A stretch of 63,555 nucleotides of DNA, the filler included, from Atractiella rhizophila (Eukaryota), in the NCBI GenBank assembly GCA_021432655.1. It is 8 parts of 8 records of this genome, joined end to end, with 100 filler letters (N's around TTAATTAATTAA, not from the genome) between each part and the next. Parts side by side here need not be neighbours in the genome. Positions count along the whole stretch, not along the records: positions 37,871 to 47,212 come from MU272118.1; positions 47,313 to 56,619 come from MU272119.1; 6 more parts are not named here. One strand, given 5' to 3'. The translations under genes were made by a program, and so were the position numbers. This document shows, in pieces, positions 37,871 through 49,371 of the stretch. Under the pieces are notes generated by a model that saw only the letters and a list, made by a program, of their open reading frames with translations, was not told the origin of the DNA and ran no database searches. Position 1 is the stretch's first letter. Every line of letters begins with the position of its first letter.

Positions 37871-40654
37871 CCCTTCGAAGCGGCCAATTCGAGATACGTG
37901 GGTTTTCGTGATGCATCATGGTCCTGCTCATCGACATTCATCATCGAAGCGTCAATTGGGACATCGTCCTCAATAGTCGCTTCGTGGATCAACAAATCGG
38001 CTTCTTTTCCAGCTTCTATTAAAGCAGGACACGGCCGTGTGTCTCCAGAGAACCTGTTGATGCGTAAGGCAGTGGAGACTGGGGGAGAGAAGAACTTACA
38101 CTAGCTTCCATCCTTTGACATGTTCTAAGACGACACCAAAGCATTTTCCACGATGGATGACACTGACTGGTCGAATGGTCTTCAACCCCAGAGCAATCTT
38201 GAGTGAGCTGCTGAAAGTTTAGAACCATTCCCAACAGCATGAGCGGTCAACGTACGCAGTGTCCTGATCAAAGGTCTTCGCATCCAAAGGAACAAAGTTT
38301 GCAAGGCTCGTCAAGCCCAATGGAAATATTTGTTCGAGTTCTTTAAGATAGAGACCAATGTTCCAGGGACCTAAAATGTACAGTGGATTTACTGACACCG
38401 AACTGGATTTCATCTGCCACATCGTCATAACACCATCGTTAGCAAGAAAATTGGGACAAGAGGCCATTCACCTGAAGTCGTTTCCACAGTACTCGATAGA
38501 GTCCAGCATGATGATCTGCATGCATGTGTGAGATGAAGATGAACTTTAAATCCTGCAGTATGTCATCAAGTTCCTGTCCAAACCGTCTTGACAATTGGCC
38601 CAAAGTTCCTTCCCCAACATCGAGCAGTACATTTCCGTACCCTGGCACCTGGACCAAAGTCGAGCTAACTGTTCTTCGCTCAGCTCTGTTCACTTAGCGA
38701 TGGAATGAACACACCAGTACGATAAGAGCTGGGCATTGCGCTCCCAGTTCCAAGAGTAGTGACCACAACATTATCCCAAAGTCCACCTTCTCCCCCACGA
38801 TCCTCCATCGTGGCACCTGAGGTATCCTTTCGGTAGATCTCTCCCTTTGCCTCCTCTGCCATCCGCACGAAAGTCTTCCACACCTCCTTCTTCCTATGCG
38901 CCTCCCGCGCCTGCCCGCTGTGCGCCTCACTCCCAGGTGTGGCCTTGACGGCTCCAAGTCTAGAAGCGGCCTCATCCGCTTCTTCTGATGGGACGAGGAA
39001 GTCAAAGGTCGGGTAGGAGAGCTTCATAGCCCCAGAGCTTACGGACGGCGGTGCTGTTTGAGAAGGCGAAGGAGAATGGCCGAAGTGGATGAGCTCGTGT
39101 GGGATTAGAGGCCTGATACGAAGTTCAGAGAGCGAAGAGGGAAGACGCTTGGTCGGGTTCAGGCTATATTTGGGAAGAGGGAAGATAGTCCCGTCAAGCT
39201 TGGAGAGTCGGAGTTGAAGAAAGGCAGCTTTGACGAATTGTAGCTTATCAGGTATGTAGTCTTTGGAAGCAATGACGTGCTTCGCGTTCATTGCAATTTT
39301 CAGCGTGCACTCATTTAAGAGGAGGCAAACACTTACATCCACATCGGACCCCAGCTTCCCCATCCATTCGAGATATCGCTCATCTTCAAACACTCCAGGG
39401 CCTAGTGAATGGACCACCACCTTTAACTTGGGATGTCCCTCCTCACTCTTCCCAAAGATCTCGCTCTCGTACCGCTCCGTGAGAAAATATTGCACGTCCA
39501 CCTTCGTCAATTCCTCGATGTAGTCAACGGACGGACAATCGACCAGAGCGAACGCCTTTCCAACCGGAAAGGAGGGATTAGCAAAAGGTCCTGTGGTGAA
39601 AAGAAGAGAGGACAGACGGACTTCAGAAGCGAGTTTTCCATCCATCACCTGTTCCCATCGCACATCTACCCCTTCATCATTCTTGACGGTTTCGCCCTCC
39701 GTCAGCTTGCTAAACATGCGCTTGTCTTTGATCCCCAACTCCATCGCACGTTTCGGATTGAACTTGCCTCGACTTTCAGGTCCTATACCTACGTAAAGGA
39801 GGGTCGTTTTTAAAGCTGCGGTGGAGGGAGCAGGCATAGGCTTGAAGATGTACGGAGGGACGAAGTTCGGAGCGGTCTTGAGCGACATTTAGAAGCGTTC
39901 AGGGGGACGTGAAGGAAGAACATGCCTGTAGAGTACCCAAAGTCGATTCGCCTGGAAATTGAAGGTATAATAGATGGCGCTTGAATTCCACCTCATTCTC
40001 TTCTCGGATACTTTGGCTCATCCATCGATCTTGTGTCTCCTCTTTCTTCCCCTCTTCTTCATCAGAAGACGAGTTAAGGCGTCGACGCTTCCTCGAAGAA
40101 AGTAGAGGATTTAGAGTCGAGGAGGGAGTTGGCGCAATAGCGAAGGCATACATTTTGAGTGCAGGATCAGAGTGCACAAGTTGTGGTGTGTTGTTTGTGG
40201 CAAACTCTGACCAGCCATCGAAAGAGGAGACGGTGTTAACCCTCAAATCGATGCCTTTTTTCTTTACAAAAAACCGCATCGAAACAAGATAATCGAGCAG
40301 TGTTGGGGGCCCATGGAGAGTCAAAGTCTTCGTAGATCCAAGAGCATTGAATATGATCCCTGACAAGCCACCAACTGTGCCGTCCCCATCCACTCTCGAC
40401 ACGAAGGCATGTTCGACCTTCCTACTAATCTGACACTGCGTGAAGTTCCTCGACACCGTATCTGGGAGGCCAAAGAGGTACTTGTGCGGTATGGAATCAA
40501 AGGAGAGTAAAATGGCTGGGGATGGCGAGTCCGAGCAGATCGACTGAAGGGGATGCAGCGTGAAGCGTGGTGCAACCCCCTTGGGAATCGCTGGTGCTTT
40601 CGCTTTGCTTCTTCCTGGAGCCTGACCGGCATGACCTGAGGAGGACGGAGCCAT
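37871..40654 (-). CDS. TRZ1: tRNase Z, long form (Trz1/ELAC2), 3' truncated
   Basis: RGKFNP exosite, TLGTGSAMPS.YR, LLDVGEGTLGQL, ISHMHADHH, SGDTRP, LIHEAT. Confidence 0.95.
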
Positions 40655-41714
40655 CGTGGAGACGCTTCGATGGAGGAGACGTGAGTGAATCTTTAGCTTG
40701 GGAGACTTTCAGGCAGGATTTGGTGGTGTCAATGGACGCGAACCAGGTCAGCGTCAGAGGTAGCGCGAGAAGTTCGATATGATTCCAGGTGATTCGATGT
40801 GTCGTTAGCCGACTCTGTGCAAACAAAAAATCGCGGAGGTTTGAGTTCGAGCTTAAAGGTCCGAACTTCATATTATGACTTATTTCAAATTTTTGCAGCT
40901 CATTTGAGAGACAGTTTGAAAGGATTGCTCGGTATAGTCGACCCCAACGAAACCATCGATATCCACATCATTCATGTCGGCAATATGCAATATCACGACG
41001 ATGTGGATACCTCCGCTCCTCCCTCTGGTTCTTTTCTCTGCAGACTATACTTTATTGTGCCTTTCAGGACATTGGAATGTCTCGTTGTAGAAGCATCAGG
41101 ATTCAAGACACAGTGGGCTTTAGCCGAAATGTGAAGGCTACGTAGTATTGGGTGAGACGTTATTTTTCTATCAGATTTCTGTCTCCCGATAAAGCCACCA
41201 GCTCGCTGTGACCGGGCAATGCAACTGTCTGTTAAACTTGTAAGCACTGCAAGATGATGTTTCCATTGGACGCCCAGGATCGCTTATCAAAGGGATCAGA
41301 AAGTACTGGTGCGAAATTGTTCCCTTTCTCGCCTTACTTCGGCTACAGGATTTAGGGTTATTACCTTATGAAACACGCTGAGCCTCCTGGGTATGCATCT
41401 GTCCATGTCGTGAATATACACTCACCAGGATGCAGAATGAATGCATCTAAGTTATCCCCTGTCTCTCAACGTTTGAACTAGAACGCATGAGCAGAAACAA
41501 TCTCACAGTAGGATTACACTGAGTCTTCTCCGAGGTGATGGAGGGTCCACCGAACGGCGCACTGTGAGGCTCACGGTATAGGAAACTTGTAACCTGACAT
41601 CGGTGGCGTATCGGACTCGCAGAAACACAAAGACAAAATGCTACTTAAGGTCATGTTCTGAGTACAGAGCTCCTCCAAAAATATTCAAATCGAAAATAAT
41701 TGCTACAGAGCCTG

Positions 41715-43588
41715 ATGGCCCTGGATTTGTTTTCTCTCTCTGTTCTCACATTTGCATTCACCTTATACTACCTCGTCGAGGTCCTGCTCCGACTTCTTGT
41801 ATCACGCATTTCGCCGACATTTTACTCCCATCTTAAGACCAAGGGCCAGTATTCCCTCTTCTTCGGAATCTCATTAGGATTCCTCATCACATTCTTGTCC
41901 AGCCCCCTCTGCTTCAAAGCATGGTACCAAAGCTCCTCGAGCCCCAACGATTGGGAGGAAGCGGAGTGGACTTTGTCGAGAGAAGGCGAAATATGCGTGG
42001 CAAGTCGACTCGTACTCTGGATTTCCGAGCTCAATCGATTAGACATCTATCCTCTTTACGTCTATCATCATCTCGGAGCCTTGCTCTCTTTCTGCCTCAT
42101 CCTCATCACCCGATGGGACATCAACAGCCTCTATTTGATAGCCACAACCTTGGTATCGGAACTCCCGGGTGACCTCCTCGTTCTCCTATCTGTCTACTCT
42201 GATAGTCTGACAGATCCTTCAAAATCAAAGTACGTCTCGATACATCCATCCGGGCATGTGAGGTCGAAGCTGACTAGTTTGACAGGGATGTGCGTTTCGT
42301 GCGCTTTAGAACAGGCTTAAAGGCGTTCAACGTCATTCAATATACACTTCTTAGAACCTGGACACTAATATGCACGATCTGGGGCACCTATACCCTGTCT
42401 AGAACGAACGGGTACTTTTGGATCGATGTTGTGGTTGCGCCTGCATTCTTGGGAGTTTATGCCCTATTCTGCATCTCATACGTACAACGGCAATGGAAGT
42501 CTCTGAAAGCAGAGGACAGTTTTTGTTTTTCCTTCAGGTTCAATACAGAACATCAGCCCTACTATCTCGAGGTACGGCATCCCAATCTTCCCCCCATATT
42601 CGTCACAATCTACGGTCTCTTCATGGGCTTTGCGCTTTCATCCCTGGCCTCCTCCGTCCTTCTCTTCAACCCTCCATCTGTCAATCTATCAAGTTCCATC
42701 ATCCTCACCCTCAGCTTCGCTGTCCTAGGAGCGCGCATCTGTTCCCTCATCTTCGAAGACGGTCTTGCCGCTTTTAAACGGGATCCGCTTGCCACCATAC
42801 TGCGTCCGGGATTCTGGCTTCATGGGGGTATAGCTGGTGCGATCATTGGAGTGACTCTTTGTGTGGCTTTGGATTGGATCGAGGATTTGAGTGGATTCAT
42901 TGGCAGCTTAGGGATCGGGATTGGAGCATACGAGTTCTGGTCTCGGATAGGATGTCATTGTTATGGGTGCTGTTTCGGTCGTCCAACCAGCGAGACCGCT
43001 CGACTTAACCGCTTTCTGCTCATTCGTCCTACTATCTATTCCCATCATGATGCAGCAGCAGTTCGCCTTCGTCCTGCCCTCCTAAACAGACCCCTCTTCC
43101 CCATCCAACTCTTATCTGCGTATACCTTTGGGGCACTTTTCCTCCTCGTCTCCATCCCTCTTTCCTTCTTTCCTCTCACTCCAATCAGGGTGCTTGTCGC
43201 TGGCGCCATCTCGATGACCGGACATGGATTCATCCGGCTGTGGACAGAACGATATCGTGCAGATTTCAGAGGTGGGGCAGAGGGTGGAAATTCGAGCACT
43301 GCTAAAATGGCATGGGTGCAAATCATTCTCTCTTGCACGTTAAGCCTATCTATCCTCGCCATGACCTCCGATCCTCGCCCTTCAATCGAGGCACAATTGA
43401 AGGTCCCAGACATAACGCTGCAAAATAGTTCCGCCGTCATTTACGCTATTTTTCTTGGAGCGATCGTGTACGGGGTGAATGTGGGAGAAATCGGTTCTTG
43501 GGTTTCTCTGCAACGAGCGGAGGGGTCATTCGACACGAAACGGCCCTTTCTCCCTAGCCCAGACCGGGTCCATCGCCACTTCGAATGA
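41715..43588 (+). CDS. Polytopic membrane protein (~605 aa): N-terminal TLC-like region fused to a prolipoprotein diacylglyceryl transferase (Lgt)-like domain
   Basis: One intron, 42230-42285. Lgt-type motifs in order: IYGL, LGARI, GFWLHGG, SRIGCHCYGCCFGRP, PIQL, RLWTERYRADFRG. The N-terminal half has YHHL and a downstream ELP; the TLC assignment is weaker. Confidence 0.82.
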
Positions 43589-44520
43589 AGATGTCAAATC
43601 CTGAGCTATCTGTGGATTTCAGTTCAAAGACTAATGTAGCAAGGATCTCGGTGATCAGCTAAATTTATAGGGGAGATAATATAGCCCTTTCCAAGTTGCA
43701 AACTCTCCTGCTGGACTGAAGTATTCCAGAATATTTAGAGTACAATCTAGCCGACAATAACTTAGGATGAATATCGATGAATGTCGAGACCTGTCAAGAC
43801 AGACAAAGAGACCAGAGCCAGTTCAGCGGCCAGAGTTAATAGTAAATGAGAGAAAGAATGATCTCGTGTTACGTAATACAACACACTTGTCCTACGCAGA
43901 ATGCCCAAATATTTCCTTCTCTGCAGCTAATTTGGCAAACGTTTTCATAGATCCTCACCTTCCAGAAGATTTTGAAAGGTATTAGAAACCTGCCAGATCG
44001 AGAGCGGGTTAGATTTCCGCAACTCAACTAATAATTGTTCAACCGAGCACGCCCAAAGCAGCAAGGAATGTGGTGGCTGCAGAAGGTGGAGTTTCACGTT
44101 CTTGCGTGCCCTCGCACTGTTATAGGATCTTGATCGTTTACGCTCAGCAATCAAATCCTAATCAAACGGAGGTACGCGTCGCAAACCTCTCGTAAAAACT
44201 AATGCTAATTCAAGCTCAAGATTGGCAAATCCAGCATGCATCTTACACAGATCTGAATTGTGCCCTTAGGTCGATCGCGAAAGGGACGAGCAAGAAGAGG
44301 TCCGACTGCCTTATCTTGCGAATCAACATGAAAGTGCAAGATTTGAAGAGATTCCTTGAGAAAGTGCACGGATCTCTGCACATTGACCTGTTCTGGTCCG
44401 ATACTCAAGGATAAAAATTGGGATGTCTCCCGGCATACAAAACCAGAGGGTATCTTTCAGTTATGAACCAGCCTCAATTAGAGCTCTCCTGCGTTTCAGT
44501 CCATCTAGGTCCTAGTGAAG

Positions 44521-45734
44521 ATGACAATGCTTCACCATGAGCTGCTGAACACGACGAAGACGGTGTACTTCTTGACAAGAAGCGATTTCAAGGCTGTTAT
44601 GGTAGGTTACCAACTAAGCAGGTGCCTTTTACTCATCATCGGGAGCAGCTCCCTATCGTATGCACGTCTCCGTCCAAGGAACTGAAGTTTGAGAAGAGAA
44701 ACAGCTTGTCTTCTCCTCGTCCGTTACAGCTTGGAATGGTGTTCCCAAGTTGCTAATATCGGCGTTGTGGCTCTACCTTGTATTGATTGAATTTTGCTTG
44801 TCGAATCAGACCTCAGGTAAATCTCTCCTGCGCATCTCGGGAACATTCAACGTTGAAAATGTTTTCAAGGAGACGCTGTTGAAGAAGACAGGCTCAACAA
44901 GCCCTACCGTCCCATCCCAAGCGGTCTCATAACGCTCGAAACTGCTCGGCGGCTTAGGTGGATCATGCCGTTCTTTAACGTGACAATCTCCCATTTCATT
45001 GGAGGACATTTGGCTGTCGGGGCTTCAATAGCAATCAGTCTCATCACTTGGGTCCATAACGAGATGAGCCTCAATAAGAAGTGGTGGGGAAAAAGCTTCC
45101 TTGCTGGCAGCTGTTTCCCTATGGGAGAGCTCGGATGTCTCGCTGTTGGCAGTGCGTTTTACCCTCTGTCCAAAGCGTGAACCTTTATTGACGAGAGTCC
45201 AAAGCAACCCATCATGGTTTGACAGCCCATCAACTAATTGCTATCCTGTTCTCAGGTTGGTGCCATTTACTTGGTCCAGAAGACACAGTTGACAGCGAGC
45301 TCAGCCTTTGTCAACATCTTCACTATATTTGTACAAGACTTTCCAGATGTGGTTGGTGACGCAGCAAATGGCCGCAAGACTCTCCCGATAATGTTTCCGT
45401 TGGCGTCGCGATACAGTATCCCAGTCGTCCTCTCCCTCTCAACAACCGGCTCGATCCTCATCTCCGATGCCCATCCTGCTCTCCTCTCCCTTGTCGTGCT
45501 CTTTGCAATTTTTACAAGCTTGAGATATCTCACAGTTCGACAACCTGAGAGGGAGATGATCTCCTACACCATTTATGCGGTATGACATTCTCTCTCGTCT
45601 TTAAGTCATTGTTGGACTGAAGACAATCAACTGTAAAGGTTTGGTTGACCTTGTTACACGCCTCGCTAAGCAAATTGAAGGATGACACCTCATTCCTGCC
45701 TCCAGGCATAGAAATGACCTCACGCATCTATTAG
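44521..45734 (+). CDS. UbiA-family prenyltransferase, fungal membrane terpene-cyclase type (Fma-TC-like), multi-exon
   Basis: T.SDFK, spliced NQTSGDAVEEDRLNKPYRPIPSG, W.HNE and QDFPDVVGD...GRKTLPI. Hydrophobic segments throughout. Confidence 0.9.
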
Positions 45735-46334
45735 ATTCTTTCAAGTTTGAAGTACCCATTGTGTTTTTATTTCATCGAGCACCTGATCTAGTTGCAGTAT
45801 GTACTTCTTCTCTTTCATCATCCATCAGTTGCAGCATTGTGTATTTGTCTCAACTTGGTTGGCAGTTGCAAAGTGTGAAACATTCTGTTGCTGTCCCTTT
45901 ATACTTTTCAAGCTATCCCTTTCTCCCTCTTCTAACGGTGAATAAATGAATGAAATGAATGACGTGGATCATGACATCGATATCCCTCAAACAGATTGAA
46001 CACGATGGGATTGGAAAGCAGCAGGTCTTAATCTTTGAGCTAGAACCGACCCACCTTGTGCCATTTCTCTACACTGTCCCATCCCCATCTACAGCCATTT
46101 TAACGGTTAACCTTCATCAAATCCTAACTCAACAGTGGGAGGCAGAAAGAGAAATGGACCCGTCCGCACAAGGGTTACGGTGTTAGAGGTAGAAACTGAG
46201 TTTACACGTATCGTGCACGTCCATTCGCAGAGTCGAGCAGCAGAGGAGGGTGGCTGAAAGCAAGGGTCTGATGATCCACCTAGAGTTCATTTGTGAAGGC
46301 AGGGACTCACAGCGCCGAACTCACAATTTGACCT

Positions 46335-47212
46335 CTAAATCTTCCTAAAAACATCTACAAACTCCTTCCTTCCCACTCTCCCGTGATAATCCTTTCCCGC
46401 GAGTTCAAGCATTTCATTTATCTGTAAATTTGTCAGCACCACAGTTAAAATAGAATAGGGATAGATGACAGACATCTTGATCGCTTAACTTTTCTCCTAG
46501 CGCATCCGCTACCCTCTTCAGATCAGCAAATCCCAGCCTCTCTCCCTTTGGTCCATCAAGAAAGAACATATCGAATACCTTATCGCTCGCGGATCTCAAC
46601 TCCTCTTCCGTTCGATATTTTCCCCGTCCTTTCTTACCCTTCTTTGCAGACATACTAGCTGTGAACTCGTCCTCGTCTTGATCCTCGTCCACTGAGAAAT
46701 ACGAAAGGTTTTCTAGCTCGATTGGGCCAGATGAGCGCGTTTTTCGTTTTTCTGGGACGAAACCTCCTCCACCATCCTCCGCCTCTCCAGAATCCGAGTC
46801 TACCTCCTCCTCCTCTTGGTAGGCGTCGCCGTCGTCTGAACTGTCGACTTCGCGGTAAGAAACTCGTTTCCTCTTCCTCCCTCCCCTTCCTTCCTCCATC
46901 ACATCGCTGCGCTCTGGATCCATTGTCTCCTCATTTTGCTCTTCCCCTGATGAAGAAACGCCACTTTCAACAAAAGCTGCACAAAACTTGAGAAAAGCCT
47001 CCTTCCCAATCCACTCTTCACCTCCCGACGTTTCAGATACATCCTTGAATACTTGCAGAAGATGAGGATCGTTTGCGGGATACGGGAGACGGATCGAAGG
47101 TGGGAGGAGGGAGAGGGCATAGGAGAGAAAGGAAAGGGGTAGTCTTGAAACATCGGTATTGTCGCGCGCATCCCCAGATTTTGGATGAAAACCTCCTTCT
47201 GTTTCGCTTTCG
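46335..47212 (-). CDS. Rad33-like protein with degenerate centrin-like EF-hand C-terminus, 5' truncated
   Basis: Acidic/GGGF region, then FDMF...LGFADLKRVADALGEKLSDQD|INEMLELA...GRVGRKEFVDVF. Confidence 0.55.
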
Positions 47213-47312
47213 NNNNNNNNNNNNNNNNNNNNNNNNNNNNNNNNNNNNNNNNNNNNTTAATTAATTAANNNNNNNNNNNNNNNNNNNNNNNNNNNNNNNN
47301 NNNNNNNNNNNN

Positions 47313-49193
47313 TTTCGTCAGCAAGGACAGGGACAAGGGATGCCGTCTCCATTTCCTAATGATCAGTCAAGAAATCCGGAAGGGATAGAATATCACGTTT
47401 CCAAGCTGTCAATCAATCACGCGCACCGACCCTCGGTAGAGACTTTCTCTTCCCCCTCCCCAACCTCCTCTTCCAGTTCCCGCACCCCATTCTCCCCCCA
47501 GTCGCAGTCTCAACCACAACAACAACAGATGCATGGCCTCGTCCAACACCCGTCACTCGAGGGTTTGGTTTCGCCTTCAACGCCGCGGACGAGGGATCCT
47601 CATCCGCCGCATTCCTCGGGACATGGATATCCCACACAAGCACACCGTAGTGGCTCCGGCGGCTCACCATCTACTAACAACGCGATGGTGAATGCGATAA
47701 CGTACAGTCCGTCGAACGCCAATCAACTCAACCAGTCGTACATCCAGCAATCCCAGCAGCAACAACACTTTCCTCCTGCTCGAGCTCCCCCCACTGCTCC
47801 CGAAAGCATTGTGTACGCTCAACCGTCACAAAGAGCTCACGAACCGATAACTTATCCTCGTCCCTCTAACTCCCAACCTTCGCCCGTCACTCCTTCTCGT
47901 CAAACCTCGGTTTCTTCTTCGTTGCATTCCAGACAGTCAATCCTCATGGCGCCGGAGGAACAAATGGCTTCACTTCAGCGTAGAATGTCTCGTCTGACCC
48001 CTTCGCATCAGGCCAAACAAGGCTATGCACCCCCATCATCGTCGCAGAGCAAGTTCCTCAACCGGATGTCGTCGGTAGACGAAGACATGGTATTCCCTCT
48101 AACCTATCCGCGGACACCCATCGATCATCCAGAAGTTGACACCCCAACACAGTCCAAATTCTCGTATCCCGTCCCTCCTGCTCCTTTAGGACCAAGGGAG
48201 TTGATGGAGCGGAGGAGCAGTACGCACAGTATGAACAGCGTACATTCTATCGTCTACACTCCCCCTTCACCCTCCGTCCTCTCCAGACGAGAACGACCGT
48301 TAAGTCAACCAATCAATTCCCCGTCCCCTACTCCTGTCTCCGTTCGCGCCGGTCAGCGATTCATATACCCCGAAGTCCAGGAGGCACCTCCTCCTCAACA
48401 ACAGCAGCCACCGCCACCGCAGGTTCAACCCCCTCCACGACCCCGGAAAGAACCCCTGTCCGTCGTTCACGCTGAAGAGGAATATGAGGATCCGTCTCGG
48501 CTAAAAGCGATGCGATTCCCGTCCCAAATCGTAGACACCTTTCTCTCTCTCTCGGACCGGAATACACGGATGGGAATCGAAACTCTGGGGTTGTTGCTTG
48601 GGAAACAGGTCGGGAAGGAATACCTCATCTCTCATCTCCTGGTTCCGAAACAGTCGGGAACACCGGATACGTGTGCGATGGATGAGGATATGAGCGCGTT
48701 CGAGTATGGGTGGGAGAAGGAGTTGAATCAGCTGGGTTGGATCCATACGCATCCTACTCAGGCGACTTTCATGAGTTCTGTAGATTTACACACACATATG
48801 AACTATCAGGTTCGTCTTGTCCTTTTGCTTCCTCCTCCGCTTCTCAGATGTAAAATGGAGCCTGACGAACGCGATGTGTAGTCGACATTACGGGAAGCGA
48901 TAGCCATCGTGTGCGCTCCGACAAGTTCCCCAAGCTACGGTATATTCCGTCTCACAGATCCTCCCGGTTTGAAGATCATTCAAGACTGTCGGGAGGGACC
49001 TCAGTTTCATCCTCATGCTGAGCTTCCAATCTACACCGTAAGTACTGCTCTTGCCCATTGCCACCAAGTTCTGAAGAAATGACCGTAGGACGCGGATGGC
49101 TACAATGGACACGCAATCCCTTCTATCATGGAACTCCAAGTCTGCGATTTACGTTCAGGACAAGAGTTCTGTGTCCCTCCAGCTCCTCACTGA
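47313..49193 (+). CDS. AMSH/STAMBP-like JAMM deubiquitinase, probably 5' truncated
   Basis: N....IETLGLLLG, LLVPKQ.GTPDTC, LGWIHTHPTQ..FMSSVDLHTH..YQ, EAIAIVCAP, GIFRLTDPPG, FHPH. Confidence 0.93.
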
Positions 49194-49371
49194 TGGGTTT
49201 AGGCGAGATGTAAAATGAGAAGGGAAACTTGGTTTAATGAGTTCATCGTGGGTGCCGTTCGGATTGCAAGAATGTTTGTAATGAAATCAAGGTCATGCAT
49301 GTGTATTAATACTGGAATACAAATGGCACCAATACCAAAAACTAAAAGGCGGTTCACTCTAGTAGCAAGTA

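Noticed and set aside
41715..43588. Bacterial contamination as the source of the Lgt-like gene
   Set aside because: It has a canonical GT-AG intron with a branch site and shares a contig with intron-containing fungal genes.
43767..44414. Short ORFs between the Lgt-like and UbiA genes as a third cluster gene
   Set aside because: About 70 aa each, with no motifs and no convincing splice model.
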